A stretch of DNA of 63,546 nt, filler included, from Octopus bimaculoides (taxonomy: Eukaryota), in NCBI RefSeq assembly GCF_001194135.2. It is 6 parts of 5 records of this genome, joined end to end, with 100 filler letters (N's around TTAATTAATTAA, not from the genome) between each part and the next. Parts side by side here need not be neighbours in the genome. Positions count along the whole stretch, not along the records: positions 24,211 to 44,495 come from NC_068983.1; positions 44,596 to 53,356 come from NC_069004.1; 4 more parts are not named here. One strand, 5' to 3'. A model generated the notes under the pieces. The model was not told where the DNA came from. It made no database searches and saw only the letters and a program-made list of their open reading frames with translations. Both the position numbers and the translations under genes were made by a program. The number at the start of each line of letters is the position of its first letter. The first letter of the stretch is position 1. Below are positions 37,889 to 51,248 of the stretch, one piece after another.

Positions 37889-39492
37889 CTAACGAAAGCA
37901 TAAGACTCTTATTTTGGAATTGTGATATAACCGATTATAACGACTCTGGTATGTGACTGGTACTTATTCTATAGATTCCAGAATTATGAATAACAATGAC
38001 AAACGTCACTCGATTTGTCCTCAGCAGGTAAAAGTCCCCAATTAATACTCCAAGTAATTTTATCTGATATTTTAACGATTAGGTCAAACCATCACTTTGA
38101 AAAAACAAAAAAAAAATTGGAACCACTTCATGTTCTATACTTCACCACACTATTCAGTATGATACACAACTGCTCTGTCAAAGGATTAGCTGAGTCGTTA
38201 GAACGCCGGACAAAATGCATTACGATATTTGATCCGGTTCCTTACATTCTGAAATCTAATTCTGCCCAGGTCAACATTACTTTTTGTCCCTCCGGAATTA
38301 ATTGAGGACCAGTCATGCACTAGAGTCGATTTAATCGAATAAACTCCTTCTTTAAAATTTCAAGTCTTGCATCCACGTTGAGAATTTTACTACATTGTTG
38401 CAATACACGAAAACCAACATAACAATATCTCAAGGGTATCTCAATGATTGATTAATATCTCTCATGAAAACGTTGATGATATTCATCACACTGGGTGTGC
38501 AATATCTTTATTGCACAGAAAAGATCATAATGAAAGTACTATAGAAAACAGCGAAAGAAAAACAATAATAACTTCTTTTAATTTTTAGTAATGAATTAAA
38601 GATCTAGATTTTCTACGAGTAATTCACAGCTGTCAAACCTCCGAAGACGATTAAGCGTTTCGGGAGTAAATTTAGTCCACTATACCACCTTCCTTGAAAT
38701 ATGCGTTCTACTTATTTTAGAAATCATTATTATCGTTAGCACTGCATGTGTAACACTAATATTAACAGTGATACTTGTTTCTTATAACTTCGATTCTCGT
38801 GAGTTGATTCACTGACAATAGTTTCACAGTATTTGTTCAGGCTCCTTTCATTCAAACCTCACCAAAGTCAGCATTTATCTTTCACTCTTCAAGTATCGAT
38901 AAGATAAAGCCCCAGTCAAGTAGTGGGGTCGATTTAATGCAAAAAGCTATGATCTGTAGCTATATAAGAAATTATTTCTAATATGAGTACTACGAGCCAG
39001 TATTGACATATTAGGTTTAAACGCCTAAAACACGAACAACAAAAAATGTTCCGATCATGGAAATGATTTTATGCGATTGACTCAAGAGAAGTAGGTTCTT
39101 TCATCTTCAAATCACATCTATAATGAGCACAAACGATGACATAGTTGGAGATACAAGATCTCTTACCAAGGCAAAAATAAAAAGGGGGAGAGAGAGAGGG
39201 GGTGGTAAAGGCCTGGAATGACTTCGCTCATCAGGCAACTCTGACAGGATTGATTTGATGTTAAGCATCAAATAACTAATCTCAATACTGTCTCGGCACA
39301 CAGGATTAGCTTGTACCGCATAATTTTGGGTATCGTTTTTGTGCAGGAACAGAGCTCGAATGTTACCAGGTAATTACAATAAAAACAGAGTTTTCCAGCC
39401 CGTGTATGAAGAAAATGCGAGTTGGGACTAACAAACTACATTCACTAGATTTTAATCGGATATCTCGATTTTCATGATGGTGATGATGATAA

Positions 39493-39524
<32 letters not shown>

Positions 39525-39556
<32 letters not shown>

Positions 39557-39980
39557 TATTGAGTGAGAGAGCAGTGCATGCCATCAAAGTGACACTGGGG
39601 TTAAATATACGAAGCCCAATATACCCATCATGACTACCCGTCTGATAAGGGTACACCAGGCACATGCTTCACAACCATGTGTGCGCGACATGGTGATCTC
39701 ATCTCAAGATAAACAGCACATGACCTCGCAGATGGGGGCCCAGTTAGAATTTTCTTCAGGTCGAGTAGCCCATCCCGCTCAAAAGATCCCTAAATAAGGT
39801 TTGTTTAAGGATGGAGCAAAACACCCATGTTTCCAAAGGTGAATTATTCAAACCCCAAAGAAGTCCTCTCAACACATGGCTATGATGCTCCCCCACTATT
39901 TCTGCTCGTGATCAGAGATGCACATATCGTCAGCCACCAAGGGACATGCTCAACTGGTTAAGGTCAAACAACTGACAATG
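39525..39980 (-). mobile_element. Probable non-autonomous retroposon with (AAT)n tail
   Basis: GC-richer ~420-bp body abutting an (att)n run on the plus strand; family not assigned. Confidence 0.45.
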
Positions 39981-42900
39981 GTAACAACAATAACAGTTGG
40001 GGCGAAAACAACAACAGTAGCGAGGTGTCCTTCGCCGGAATACCTTCCACAAGATGGGTGGTTGCTGCTCTATTCCGATCAGTTGTGTAAAGTTTTTCAG
40101 CGGTACACGACTTAACTTTTCCGTTTGAGCAATAATGGAGACATTGGTGAACATCACTGCTTACGCTGACAGAAGATGCGGAGCGCTGGGAAAAGCCGAT
40201 AACAGCAGTTAGGATTTGATAACTCGTTATACGAGATGCTATTGTGGGACTCAGTTGGGCTTTGTAGAGTACAAATAATTTAATTGGGATCTGAAGCATC
40301 TTCTGACTCGGAGTGCTACGAAGTCACCCATCTTTTGTTTCCACTAACCTCTCCTTCCGTTTCTTCATCATCCTTCGAACCTTTAGTCCTTTGTCTTCCT
40401 TTATTTCCTTCCTTTTCAACTCCTTGCCCTCTTTTCCCTTATTGTTGTCTTCTCTTCCTCCGCCCCCACTTTTGAAGCTGTTCTCTGTACCTTCCAGTAT
40501 CACGGCACTTACGTATATCTATACCTATGTCTGCCTTCTTCAGATTGAAAAATAATATTTGACTGCCACGACTCTTATTATGAAATTATAGTATTTATGG
40601 AATTTTACTTGGAACCGTATTGCAGATGTCAGTTATTAGATCGAATTAGCTATAACTATTTGTGCAGATATTTTACTATAGATAATGTCTATGCGTAATC
40701 AAACGTCTTAACTTCTGCGATCAATCACAGCAAACAGTAAATAACTGTTGTAAAGCGGGCTTTTGTATCTTTCTTTTGACGACGGTTGTTGCTCTGACAG
40801 ATATTGTTATATTCCGAAGTCGTCGATAGAATATTTCTATCTGGCACTGTACGACCCCCAGTCGTACGGTGTTATCATCCTTAAAAGGTTGGATTGATAT
40901 AACGGTCACTCAGTATCACAGTATAATTACTGTATCAGCACAGGAACGACTATCAACACAGTCTACACGTACTCTCGACTTTCCTGACCTTCTCCCTGTC
41001 GACTGGCAACTGGTCTATCTACAATGGCTGGCTACTACCACTTTTTACCGGGAGGGGTGTACAGTTTCACTATATAGCAATAACTTAAACTAAAATTGAA
41101 TTATGTTCTACACCGAGAGAGAAGATAGTAATGTTTGCATAATTGATAGCATGTAGTTTCCTTTTGAGTTTACAAAATAAGAAATTAGATTTTATGACGT
41201 TGATGCCTTTCCAAATGACATAGGTTGTGTCAAGAAACAGAAATAACTTCGAATAGTGTTGTAGATTGCTGAGAATTAATGTTTTGCTCTCCTGCATTAA
41301 CCACATAAAGTAGCATTTAATAAGACTTAGTGATACACAGTTTGAATGAAAATTGAAAAAAACTTTCAGAATACCGAAATATATTTATATGTTTAAAGCA
41401 AAAAGTTATATTGCAGAATGAAATTCGGGAGGAGAGAAGACAGTGAATATAACACAATTCTCGATAGCACAGCATGAACTTCTTGCGCTTCTGAGTTAAT
41501 TTTTTTAAGTGTTCATCACAGTTCGTTCATACCTGATCACAATGATGTTAAGAAGCCATAATTTGTAGCCATATAAAAATACCTCTTACTTTCTGCGACT
41601 GCGTGCTGATTTATCTATTTGACAACTATTAAGAAATTATTAATGCATCTTCACAAGGTAAAACAAATAACATTTTCAAAGTCAGTTTACTCCAGGCATA
41701 AATAATGCTGCTGTGAACCTGGAATCTATCGTACTGATTTTCATTTTGTAACAGGACTATATATTGTGTTCTGGTTTTTGTATTTTTAATGCAAATATAT
41801 TTTATATATCGATTTTTTAAAGTTTCTTGATGTTTGTTTATTTGTAATATCTTTTCAGATGTAAAACTACGATCAATAACCAAATATCTATGCTATCATG
41901 TGAGCTTAAAAGTATTTTTATTTATTGTTATATGTTTGTTTCTCAACAACACCATGACAACTGGGATTTAATGAATCTTTACGAGGGTTTAAAAGCTCCG
42001 AAACTGCAGTAAGTTCAATAGACGGGCTCACTGTACAGCTGAGAGCTTGAGATATATCCTTTAAGTTTCGTTTACACATTAAAACTATATGTTATGTGAA
42101 TAAGTATATTTCATTATATTGATCATTCATCAAATGAAAAGTGAAATTTTTTTGTCTTTAGTCATTTTAGGTAACATAAGCCATTAAGTCCTAAATATAT
42201 TATAGTATTTATGATTGCATTCTTTTTACTTATTTCCCGTTGGCGTTTATGGCCCTTCTATAGCATCACTGTTTTCATAGCTATTTACATCGGAAATCGA
42301 AAGTTTGTCACCTCAATGAAAATTTAGTCAATGATTTTTGTAGCATTTTCGACAAAACCTTACTTTCAGCCAGACCCACTTATCTTGTTGTTGTTTAGTC
42401 CAGGTCGCTTCTGATCAAGTAGACTATCATGACGTTCCAGCTGTGATTATCCCGTCTATCCTTTTCAAATATAGTATGTTTATTACAATTTTATCCAGTA
42501 CGCATTTCTATTCCTTAAGACGGTCGGGCAAGATTTACTGGAGAACCAGCGATTATTTCCTAGACGTTGAGTGACCGCGCAGCGTTTCTCTTGTTGACCC
42601 ATCTTTCTATACCTTGTATATGTAACTGTAAATACGCAACACAAATTGTCGAATGCTAATACTGTTTCATCGACATGAAAGCATGAAAAGTAAAGCTAAA
42701 TTTAACAGAATTTGAACTCAGAAATCACTAAGGGAGAATAGGGCATGGCAGTACAAATAAACATAGATATGGCTTCTACTCCCCCTTATCAGTTAGCATC
42801 TTCTCAACTATTACTTTAATTTTTATGCTCTCCAACGTCGTTGACTGTTCCTGAAAAAAGGTGACAAAAATATAACCTGAACGCCTTATATATATATGGT

Positions 42901-43094
42901 TCAAATGTACAGTAAAGAAAGGACAAAGAGGGCAGGTGAAGGAACAACAAGCAGGTGTATTAGTTTGAGGATCAGGAAGAATGGATAATTGTTTAATGTT
43001 TCGAACCTACGCTCATCGACAAAGGAATGAGAGGGAAAATGGAGAGGAGAGGGAATAAACGGGGAGATAAAAATAATGTCAGGATTAAAGCCCA

Positions 43095-43132
<38 letters not shown>

Positions 43133-43890
43133 NNNNNNNNNNNNNNNNNNNNNNNNNNNNNNNNNNNNNNNNNNNNNNNNNNNNNNNNNNNNNNNNNNNN
43201 NNNNNNNNNCGTGTGTGTGTGTGTGTATGTGTGTGCGTGTGTGTGTGCATATAAATGCGTACGTGTGTGTGTGTGTATGTGTGTGTGTGTGTGTGTTCGC
43301 GCGTGTGTGTGTGAAGCTATGTGGTCTATTGGTTAGGCATGTTGCACTCACAATAGGGAGAGCTCGTGGTTTCGACTCTTTGACCGGCTGCGCGTTGTGT
43401 TCCTAAGCAAAACACCACTCAATGTTGCTCCAGTCCACTCAGTTGTAAATGGGTAAACCTGCAACAGACTAGACTTTCGATCAGGAGGAATTTTGACCTA
43501 CTCACCTAGCCATCAGTGTGGCATCATTCGAAAGCTAAAAGGATGCAAAGCGCACTGTGACCAGCGATCAATAACAACATGAGATAGTCTGATCGATCAA
43601 GTGATCGCGTGTTTTATAAACTTTCGTATCCTTTTACTTGATTCAGTCATTTGGCTGTGGCCATGCTGGAGCACTGCCTTAAAGGGTTTCATTTTTAGTC
43701 GAGCAAATCAACTCCACGACTTATTCTTTGTAAACCTAGTACTTATTCTATCGGGTTTTTTTGCCCAACTGTTAAGTTACGGGGACGTAAACACACCAGC
43801 ATCGGTTGCCAAGTGACGATGGGGGGGGGGGACAAATGCAGACACAAAGACACACACATAAAAATATACAGATATATATANNNNNNNNNN

Positions 43891-44007
43891 ACAGTGTGAC
43901 AAGGCTGAGCCTTTGGATTACAGGCACAACAGAAACAGGAAGTAAGAGTGAGAGAAAGTTGTGGTGAAAGAGTACAGCAGGGTTCGTCACCATCCCCTGC
44001 CGGAGCC
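43891..44007 (-). mobile_element. Partial family A SINE next to a 10-N gap
   Basis: acagtgtgacaaggctga...gaaacaggaagtaagagtgagagaaagttgtgg...catcccctgccggagcc. Confidence 0.85.
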
Positions 44008-44426
44008 ACAGCTCCACGTGTTATTCATAGGTGTACTATAGCTCCGCTTATATAATGTATTACGTTTCTCATTATTGATCATATTCTCATTATCAGTATT
44101 ACTACTATTATTATTATTCTAATCATTAGGAATAAATATATTGTTTTTATCTTTATTTAGTTTCTTATATTGTCTTTAGTTATTATTCATAATTTTGCTG
44201 CTAGAATGAGTATTAGAAATACCTGCAGTATTAATAAGGTGTTCGTAATGATTAAAGAATTTTACTTCAGAGTTATATCGGGCTTCTTTTATTACCTTAT
44301 TATAATATAGGGCACGTCTACTAAAAGTGCCATAATCAGGAGATAGCATAGATATTCCTTTGCCTATTTATCTATTAAAACTTCTTTAACTGATCTAGGA
44401 TGGTTATATATATGTCTGTATGTGTG

Positions 44427-44495
<69 letters not shown>

Positions 44496-44839
44496 NNNNN
44501 NNNNNNNNNNNNNNNNNNNNNNNNNNNNNNNNNNNNNNNTTAATTAATTAANNNNNNNNNNNNNNNNNNNNNNNNNNNNNNNNNNNNNNNNNNNNATATA
44601 TTCTTTTACTCGTTTCAGTCATTTGATTGTGGCCATGCTGGAGCACCGCTTTTAGTCAAACAAATCAGCCTGATGTCTTATTCTTTGTAAGCCTAGTGCT
44701 TATTGTATCGGTCCTTTTGCTGAACTGCAAACTTACGGGGACGTAAACACACCAACATCGGTTGTCAATGATCCTTATTGATGTCTATAAGTCATCATTT
44801 TGAATCTAACTGTTCATATCTTTTACCTTTTTATTTTTC

Positions 44840-45190
44840 TACTTGTTTCAGTCATTAGATTGTGGCCATGCTGGAGCACCACCTTGAAGCTTTAGTCAAA
44901 TGAATTGACCCCTGTACTTATTATTTTTTTTTAGCCTATCAGTCTCTTTTGCTGAAATGCTAAGTTACTGGGATGTAAACACACCAATACCATTTGTGAA
45001 GCAGTGATGGGGGACAAACACTGAGACAAAAACACACACACACACAACAGGCTTCGGGCTTCTTTCAGTTTCTGTCTACCAAATCCAGTTGGGGCTATAG
45101 CAAAAGACATTTTCCCAACGTGACACACAGTGGGACTGAACCTAGAACCATGTGGTTGGGAAGCAAACTACTCAGTACACAGGCCCACCT
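44840..45190 (-). mobile_element. Family B tRNA-SINE ending ~40 nt before an IRAK4 acceptor
   Basis: Reverse complement of the family B consensus (cagtcatt...gtggccatgctggagcacc ... gaaccatgtggttgggaagc). Confidence 0.8.
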
Positions 45191-45228
45191 GTGCTTATAT
45201 ACGGTTTATTGTTTTCTCTCTTTTCCAG

Positions 45229-45531
45229 ACACACCTTCCAACAAAACAACAAACTGCTGTGAGAAAAGAATCATGCAATCTTTGCCACAAGAACATAGTG
45301 AAAGGAGAAACACTTCGATTGATAATTCTTCCAGACGAAGTTCGTCGGATGTTTCTGAACTCCCCACTATAGAAATGAGATCTGTACTACATTACTCTGT
45401 CAGCAGTTTAGCGCAACAAAGCAGCTTCCCTGTCGGACAGCCGAACCCGTTTGCAGAAGCTTTTACAAAGAAGGCCACAGAGAACGATGACACACCTGCA
45501 GTATTGAAGCAACTACTCAACTTACACATAG
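45229..45531 (+). CDS. IRAK4: IRAK4/Pelle-like kinase, linker exon upstream of the kinase domain
   Basis: ttttctctcttttccAG acceptor, GTAAGT donor, 303 nt stop-free (DTPSNKTTNCCEKRIMQSLPQEHSERR...AVLKQLLNLHI), phase 1-1, joining in frame to 49621. Assignment rests on splice phase and position, not on motif. Confidence 0.65.
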
Positions 45532-45589
45532 GTAAGTGTTATATGGACTGTTGGATGTGTTTGTTGTTTACTTACTGTTGTATTCCTTT

Positions 45590-45938
45590 CTGGCACTTGT
45601 GCCCGTGGCATGTGTAAGGACTTTCGAGCGAGATCGTTGCCAGTGCCGCTGGATTGGCTCTTGTGCGGGTGGCACATAAAATACCCCATTTTGAGCGCGG
45701 CCGTTGCCAGTACCGCCTGACTGGCCTTCGTGCGGGTGACACGTAAAAGCACCCCATTTTGAGCGCGGCCGTTGCCAGTACCGCCTGACTGGCCTTCGTG
45801 CGGGTGACACATAAAAGCACCCACTACACTCTCGGAGTGGTTGGCATTAGGAAGGGCATCCAGCTGTAGAAACTCTGCCAAATCAGATTGGAGCCTGGTG
45901 TAGCCATCTGGTTCACCAGTCCTCAGTCAAATCGTCCA
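45590..45938 (+). mobile_element. RTE-tailed SINE with three internal 68-bp tandem units
   Basis: gagcgcggccgttgccagtaccgcctgactggcc at 45693 and 45761, plus a diverged unit at ~45625. Confidence 0.85.
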
Positions 45939-46364
45939 AGTCCATCACATTACACATGGGTAGAGGGCCATGAAGCAGGTTGAAAGTGGGGCCGATGGCC
46001 TCAAAGGTGCCCACCACAAGAGCCAACCCGAAAACAGCTTCAAGGCTGTATATGCATATATCCTTGTCTTTGTGTTCCTACAGATATATCTCCTTCTGTC
46101 TATGTCAAGCTTGGGTTCACCAACATAATGTACTAGGATGTAATCGCTACTTATTATTCAATGCATATCTTGTTTTTTTTTTATATTTATTTTCCTTTGT
46201 TGTGTGTCATTGTTATATACCACCACCACCACCACCACCAACTAATGGCCCTCCCTACCACCACCATAACAACCTGTGTATGTGTGCATGTATATAGATA
46301 TGTACATGTCTGTAAATATATATAGTATATGTATGTATGTATGTATATATAGTATATGTATGTA

Positions 46365-46414
<50 letters not shown>

Positions 46415-46800
46415 GGTGTGTATATATATATATGTATGTGTGGGTGTGTATCCAATTTCTATCACCAGCAAATGCCACTCCCCACCACTGCCCCTACCAT
46501 CATCAACATCCTAGTACTACCACTTCCACCACAACCCCTCCTAATGCCATTCTTACTCTCTACACCCAATGCTACCTTCATCACCGACACCCTCACCACC
46601 ACCACCACCATGCATTATTAATCTCTCTGTCACACTGTGTCGTAGGAAGTAACATGCCAGGTAATGTTTTTTCCCCATGATGTGCAAGGCATGTAAGAAA
46701 ATAGAAATGGAGGGTCATTGTTGGAATGCTTTTGATCATAAATCTGTTCGATGAGAACAAACCCAAGGATATAACACACCGATTACTACTACTGCCATGT

Positions 46801-47183
46801 GGAGGCCCAATGGCCCAGTGGTTAGGGCAGCGGACTTGCAGTCATAAGATCGCGGTTTCGATTCCCAGACCGGACGTTGTGAGTGTTTATTGAGCGAAAA
46901 CACCTAAAGCTCCATGAGGCTCCGGCAGGGGATGGTGGCGAACCCTGCTGTACTCTTTCACCACATCTTTCTCTCACTCTTACTTCCTGTTTCTGTTGTG
47001 CCTGTAATTCAAAGGGGCCAGCCTTGTCACACTCTGTGTCACGCTGAATATCCCCGAGAACTACGTTAAAGGTACACGTGTCTGTGGAGTGCTCAGCCAC
47101 TTGCACGTTAATTTCACGAGCAAGCTGTTCCGTTGATCGGATTGACTGGAACCCTCGACGACGTAAGCTACGGAGTGCCAACA
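46801..47183 (+). mobile_element. Full-length tRNA-derived SINE (family A)
   Basis: Same family as 37509-37888 in the opposite orientation; possible TSD actactgcca. Confidence 0.9.
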
Positions 47184-48316
47184 AACTACTGCCACCACCA
47201 CCACCACCATACCCCTACCCTATCTATTTCAACATGGTTTGTGCTGCTGGATGCCCTTTCTCACACCAACCCCTTCACAACATGTGCTAGGTGCTTCTCT
47301 TTTTTTTTCCGGGTTTTTTTTTTCCATGCCACTGGTACCAGTATAGTTGCCATGAAGCTTAGAAGACTATGAAACCCAACGTAATGGCTGGAACACCTTT
47401 GTGCTAAGGGCTGAGGGTTAAGGTATCGGTGAAAGGTTTAGAGCAGATGGCGTAGTTAGTTTGTTGCTGTTGAAGCTAAACGGTTACTCACATTTAGAGG
47501 AGACAGTGAAAATAAATCAAATGGGGCCGCAAGAGATCTTCCACGACCACTGCATACACATGTATGTGTACTGTGATGATGATATTAATGACTTGTAGGG
47601 ATGCAGTATTTTGTTGTGCGACTCTTATCTCCTGATATAATAATGAGCGTAGTGTTTTTATATATTTGTATATATCTATAATAATAAATGCCAAAACGAA
47701 TTTCTGTGTCAGTGTGTCACACTTTGACCCCCCCCCCACTATTCAAAGATACTTCTACTCCTCTTGTTGGGGTGAGAGTAATAAGAGGCGTAGGAACGGT
47801 GAGGGTGGTAGTAGAGTGACAGTTGAGATGGTAAAGGGGTGATAGTAATAGTATGAGCTATAGTTGTGATAAAGGTGGAGGCGATGGTGGTGGTGGTAGC
47901 CGAGGCGGTCAAGCATGACAGTGATAGTAAAGGATGTGAAAGACAGTGGTGATGGTGGTGGAGGAGGAAGGCAGCAAAGTCAAAGGTGTTGATGGTGGTG
48001 ACATCAAAAGTCTGAATGGTGGGTGTGGTGGCAATGATTGAAAACGGTCAACAGAAAAAGAGAAAAAGAAAGAGGTTAGACAGAAAAAAACTAATTGTAC
48101 TGACCACTGAATGGGAAGACAAAAAATATTGTCTACCATGAAGCTTTCCAATAAGTTCCAAGTGGACATATATCACTGTTTTGATAAAAATTGTTCATTG
48201 CCTGAAAAATATTGGTCAAGTTTAATAAAATTTAATATGTACTCAATACATGAAGTGTCATTATTGGGCTCAAGGCCCAATGAAGAGCCCTCCACAGGAG
48301 CTAGCTTAAAAGCCAC

Positions 48317-48357
<41 letters not shown>

Positions 48358-48489
48358 CCAAAATAACGGAGTAGGAGATCAAAAATGAAAAAAGGGTAAC
48401 AGGCATATATGCCATATTTCAAGAGATTTTGCCCCTTCATTAGCACCTATCTCATCCCTTAATCATCCACCAGCATAATCGTTACCAGC

Positions 48490-48800
48490 ATTGCCTTCTA
48501 GCACTTGTGCTGGTGGCACATTAGTAAATCATTCGAGCGAGGTCGTTGCCAGTGCCGCTAGACTGGCTCCCTTTGAGTGTGGCCGTTGCCAGTACCGTGT
48601 GACTGGCCCTCGTGCCGGTGGCACATAAAAGCACCCACTACACTCTCGGAGTGGTTGGTGTTAGGAAGGGCATCCAGCTGTAGAAACTCTGCCAGATCAG
48701 ATTGGAGCCTGGTGCAGCCTTCTTGCTTGCTAGTCCTCACTCAAATCGTCCACCCCATGCTAGCATGGAAAGCGGACGTTAAACGATGATGATGATGATG
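48490..48800 (+). mobile_element. RTE-tailed SINE with (GAT)n tail
   Basis: Same family as 45590-45938 with fewer or deleted internal units. Confidence 0.8.
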
Positions 48801-49620
48801 AACACATTGCTTAAATAATAGCCACTAAATACAGTGGTGTAACATCATTGGATCTTCCACATCACCTGTCTCAGATGTCTTGGCATAAAATGGCAAGACA
48901 TTGAGGTAATCCCCTGTGTTAATCTACCCAGTTAATCCACCAGTGGTTCTCAACCTGGGTCCATAAGGCACTTAGTGGGGGTCCACATAAGATTTTGTTG
49001 TTGAAATTTATGTGCAATAAATTGCTTATATTTCTATAATACACAAAATGCTCAGAATAGAGGCAAAGGGCAATCAACTCTCTGCAAGGGCATGCAAACC
49101 TGCAAAATCAATAGGGTTCCTGCGGCTGAGTGACGTAGGCAGGCTAGGAAGAGCAGTGCCATCAAATCCCCAACTACCACCATTATTCTGTTTCTAAACT
49201 GCCAGCAGCATTGGAAAGCTTTCTTTCAAATGTAAATAAAGTGGAAGTGTACAAAAATAAGCATTATTTTCCATCTTAGTTTTGTTTCATTTTGAAAAAT
49301 AGAAATTCATTTAACAGTTTATTAATTGGATATATTTTGAATTAGCTACATATNNNNNNNNNNNNNNNNNNNNNNNNNNNNNNNNNNNNNNNNNNNNNNN
49401 NNNNNNNNNNNNNNNNNNGGGGGGCACCAAAATCTTTTTTAAGTGTTTGGGGCCTGTATGGGTCTTCATCCAGAAAACCGTGTAGACGTGGTTCGACCTG
49501 ATCAGTCACTAAATGCACCCACAAAATTCAACCCCAACCCCTTCAAGCACCTTCTTACCCTCACAAACGAACATGACTATATTCTTTTCTTTCTTTTCCC
49601 CTTTTTTTTTTCACATTCAG

Positions 49621-49752
49621 CTGGAAATGATGAAGCATTCAGTAAAATTGAATACTCCTTACTCGAGGAAATCACAAATAACTTTGATGATTGTAGTTTA
49701 TCCGATGGTGGTCGCCTATTGGGCAGCGGCGGCTTTGGTTCCGTCTATCTTG
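49621..49752 (+). CDS. IRAK4: IRAK4/Pelle-like kinase exon (start of kinase domain, Gly-rich loop)
   Basis: AGNDEAFSKIEYSLLEEITNNFDDCSLSDGGRLLGSGGFGSVYLG matches the IRAK4 pattern ELxxxTNNFD...GGxxxGxGGFGxVYxG; cattcAG acceptor and GTAAGT donor. Confidence 0.88.
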
Positions 49753-49933
49753 GTAAGTTTATGCTTGCTTGGAATTTCTTAATCTTTATGTCCTTAGGGC
49801 ATGGAACTTAGGGCAGTTTGGCTTTTACTATGGCTCCAAGCAGACCAATGCTTTGTGAATGAATTTAGTTGATGGAAACTGTAGGAAGCCCATCATATGT
49901 GTGTGTGTGCGTTTTTCTGTCTGTGTTTCTTAA

Positions 49934-50154
49934 CCCTTTAGCATTTAAACCAGCCATATCTAGCCCAAATATTCTGCCTGGTTTATGTTTAAACTGACCA
50001 GATCCACCTTCTTACACCTACACGACAATGTTATTCTAAAAATATATAATAACATCATTGAAATCTCAAAAGCTACCAGATAATGCATGATCAATTCAAG
50101 ACAATGTGAATTAATTAGCATTATATTTGACAAATAAATCAGAATGCTAAAGGG
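49934..50154. mobile_element. piggyBac-type MITE
   Basis: TTAA on both sides, TIR ccctttagcatt / aatgctaaaggg. Confidence 0.85.
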
Positions 50155-50160
50155 TTAAAC

Positions 50161-50191
<31 letters not shown>

Positions 50192-50317
50192 TACATACAT
50201 GTACACACACACACATACATGTATATATACACATACATATATATGCATACCTACATATATACATACATATATATATGCATGTATATATGTATACATACAT
50301 GCATATATATAAATATA

Positions 50318-50476
50318 CAGGGATTAGCATTGAGTTGCTTCTCCAACATACTGAAATGTGTGCCATAAATATCGCCATCCGTTTAGAGAAAAATTTGTAG
50401 TTTAGAATCAGTAGTTCTTTGACTGCTATTTCTAAATTTTCAGTATGTTGGAGAAGCAACTCAATGCTAATCCCTG
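50318..50476. mobile_element. 159-bp Tc1/mariner-type MITE with perfect 39-bp TIRs
   Basis: TA|cagggattagcattgagttgcttctccaacatactgaaa ... tttcagtatgttggagaagcaactcaatgctaatccctg|TA. Confidence 0.9.
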
Positions 50477-50773
50477 TATATTTATGATGATAAATGGTTT
50501 TACCGATAAAGGTTTTTTTCATACTGAACTACTTGGCAAAATTGTTAATTATTAATTCTATTATTAATTGACGATTCTCTGCCCTTATTCTTGTATATTC
50601 TTGCATATATATATATATATATATATATATANNNNNNNNNNNNNNNNNNNNNNNNNNNNNNNNNNNNNNNNNNNNNNNNNNNNNNNNNNNNNNNNNNNNN
50701 NNNNNNNNNNNNNNNNNNNNNNNNNNNNNNNNNNNNNNNNNNNNNNNNNNNNNNNNNNNNNNNNNNNNNNNNN

Positions 50774-50848
<75 letters not shown>

Positions 50849-51151
50849 CGTATATGTATATATGTGTATGTATTTTGTGTCTCTTTGTCTTGCAAACATA
50901 TAATAATTGTAAATGAGAGTTACTGTCATACAAGCAGTGTCCATTCATTTCCAATATTCTGTGGAAAATATGTCTGACCCTAGGGAAATATTCACTTGCT
51001 TGGAAACTGGTGAGGGCTGGCCACAGGAAGGGTATCCAGCTGTAGAAAAGTCTGTGTCAACAAATTTCATCCAACCCATGCAAGCATGGAAAAGGGGATG
51101 TTGAATAATGATGATGATGGTGATGTGTGACTTTTATTTTTATTTTTCTAG

Positions 51152-51248
51152 GAATTGAAGGTAAAGAACATGTAGCTGTGAAACGACTATATGATACAAC
51201 TAACGATCTCGTTAAACAGTTTGAAACAGAATTAAATGTACTTAAAAA
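51152..51248 (+). CDS. IRAK4: IRAK4/Pelle-like kinase exon (VAVK lysine, helix C)
   Basis: GIEGKEHVAVKRLYDTTNDLVKQFETELNVLK; tttttctAG acceptor, GTATGA donor; phase 1 start compatible with the previous exon, phase 2 end. Confidence 0.88.

Noticed and set aside
39964-40299. 111-aa minus-strand ORF and overlapping frames
   Set aside because: No recognisable domain or consistent splice signals, and stops in the alternative frames.
40801-42170. Several micro-exon candidates for the IRAK4 death domain (40801-40887, 41859-41899, ~41985-42008, 42134-42170)
   Set aside because: None resembles a death domain and their phases do not chain into an ORF joining 45229.
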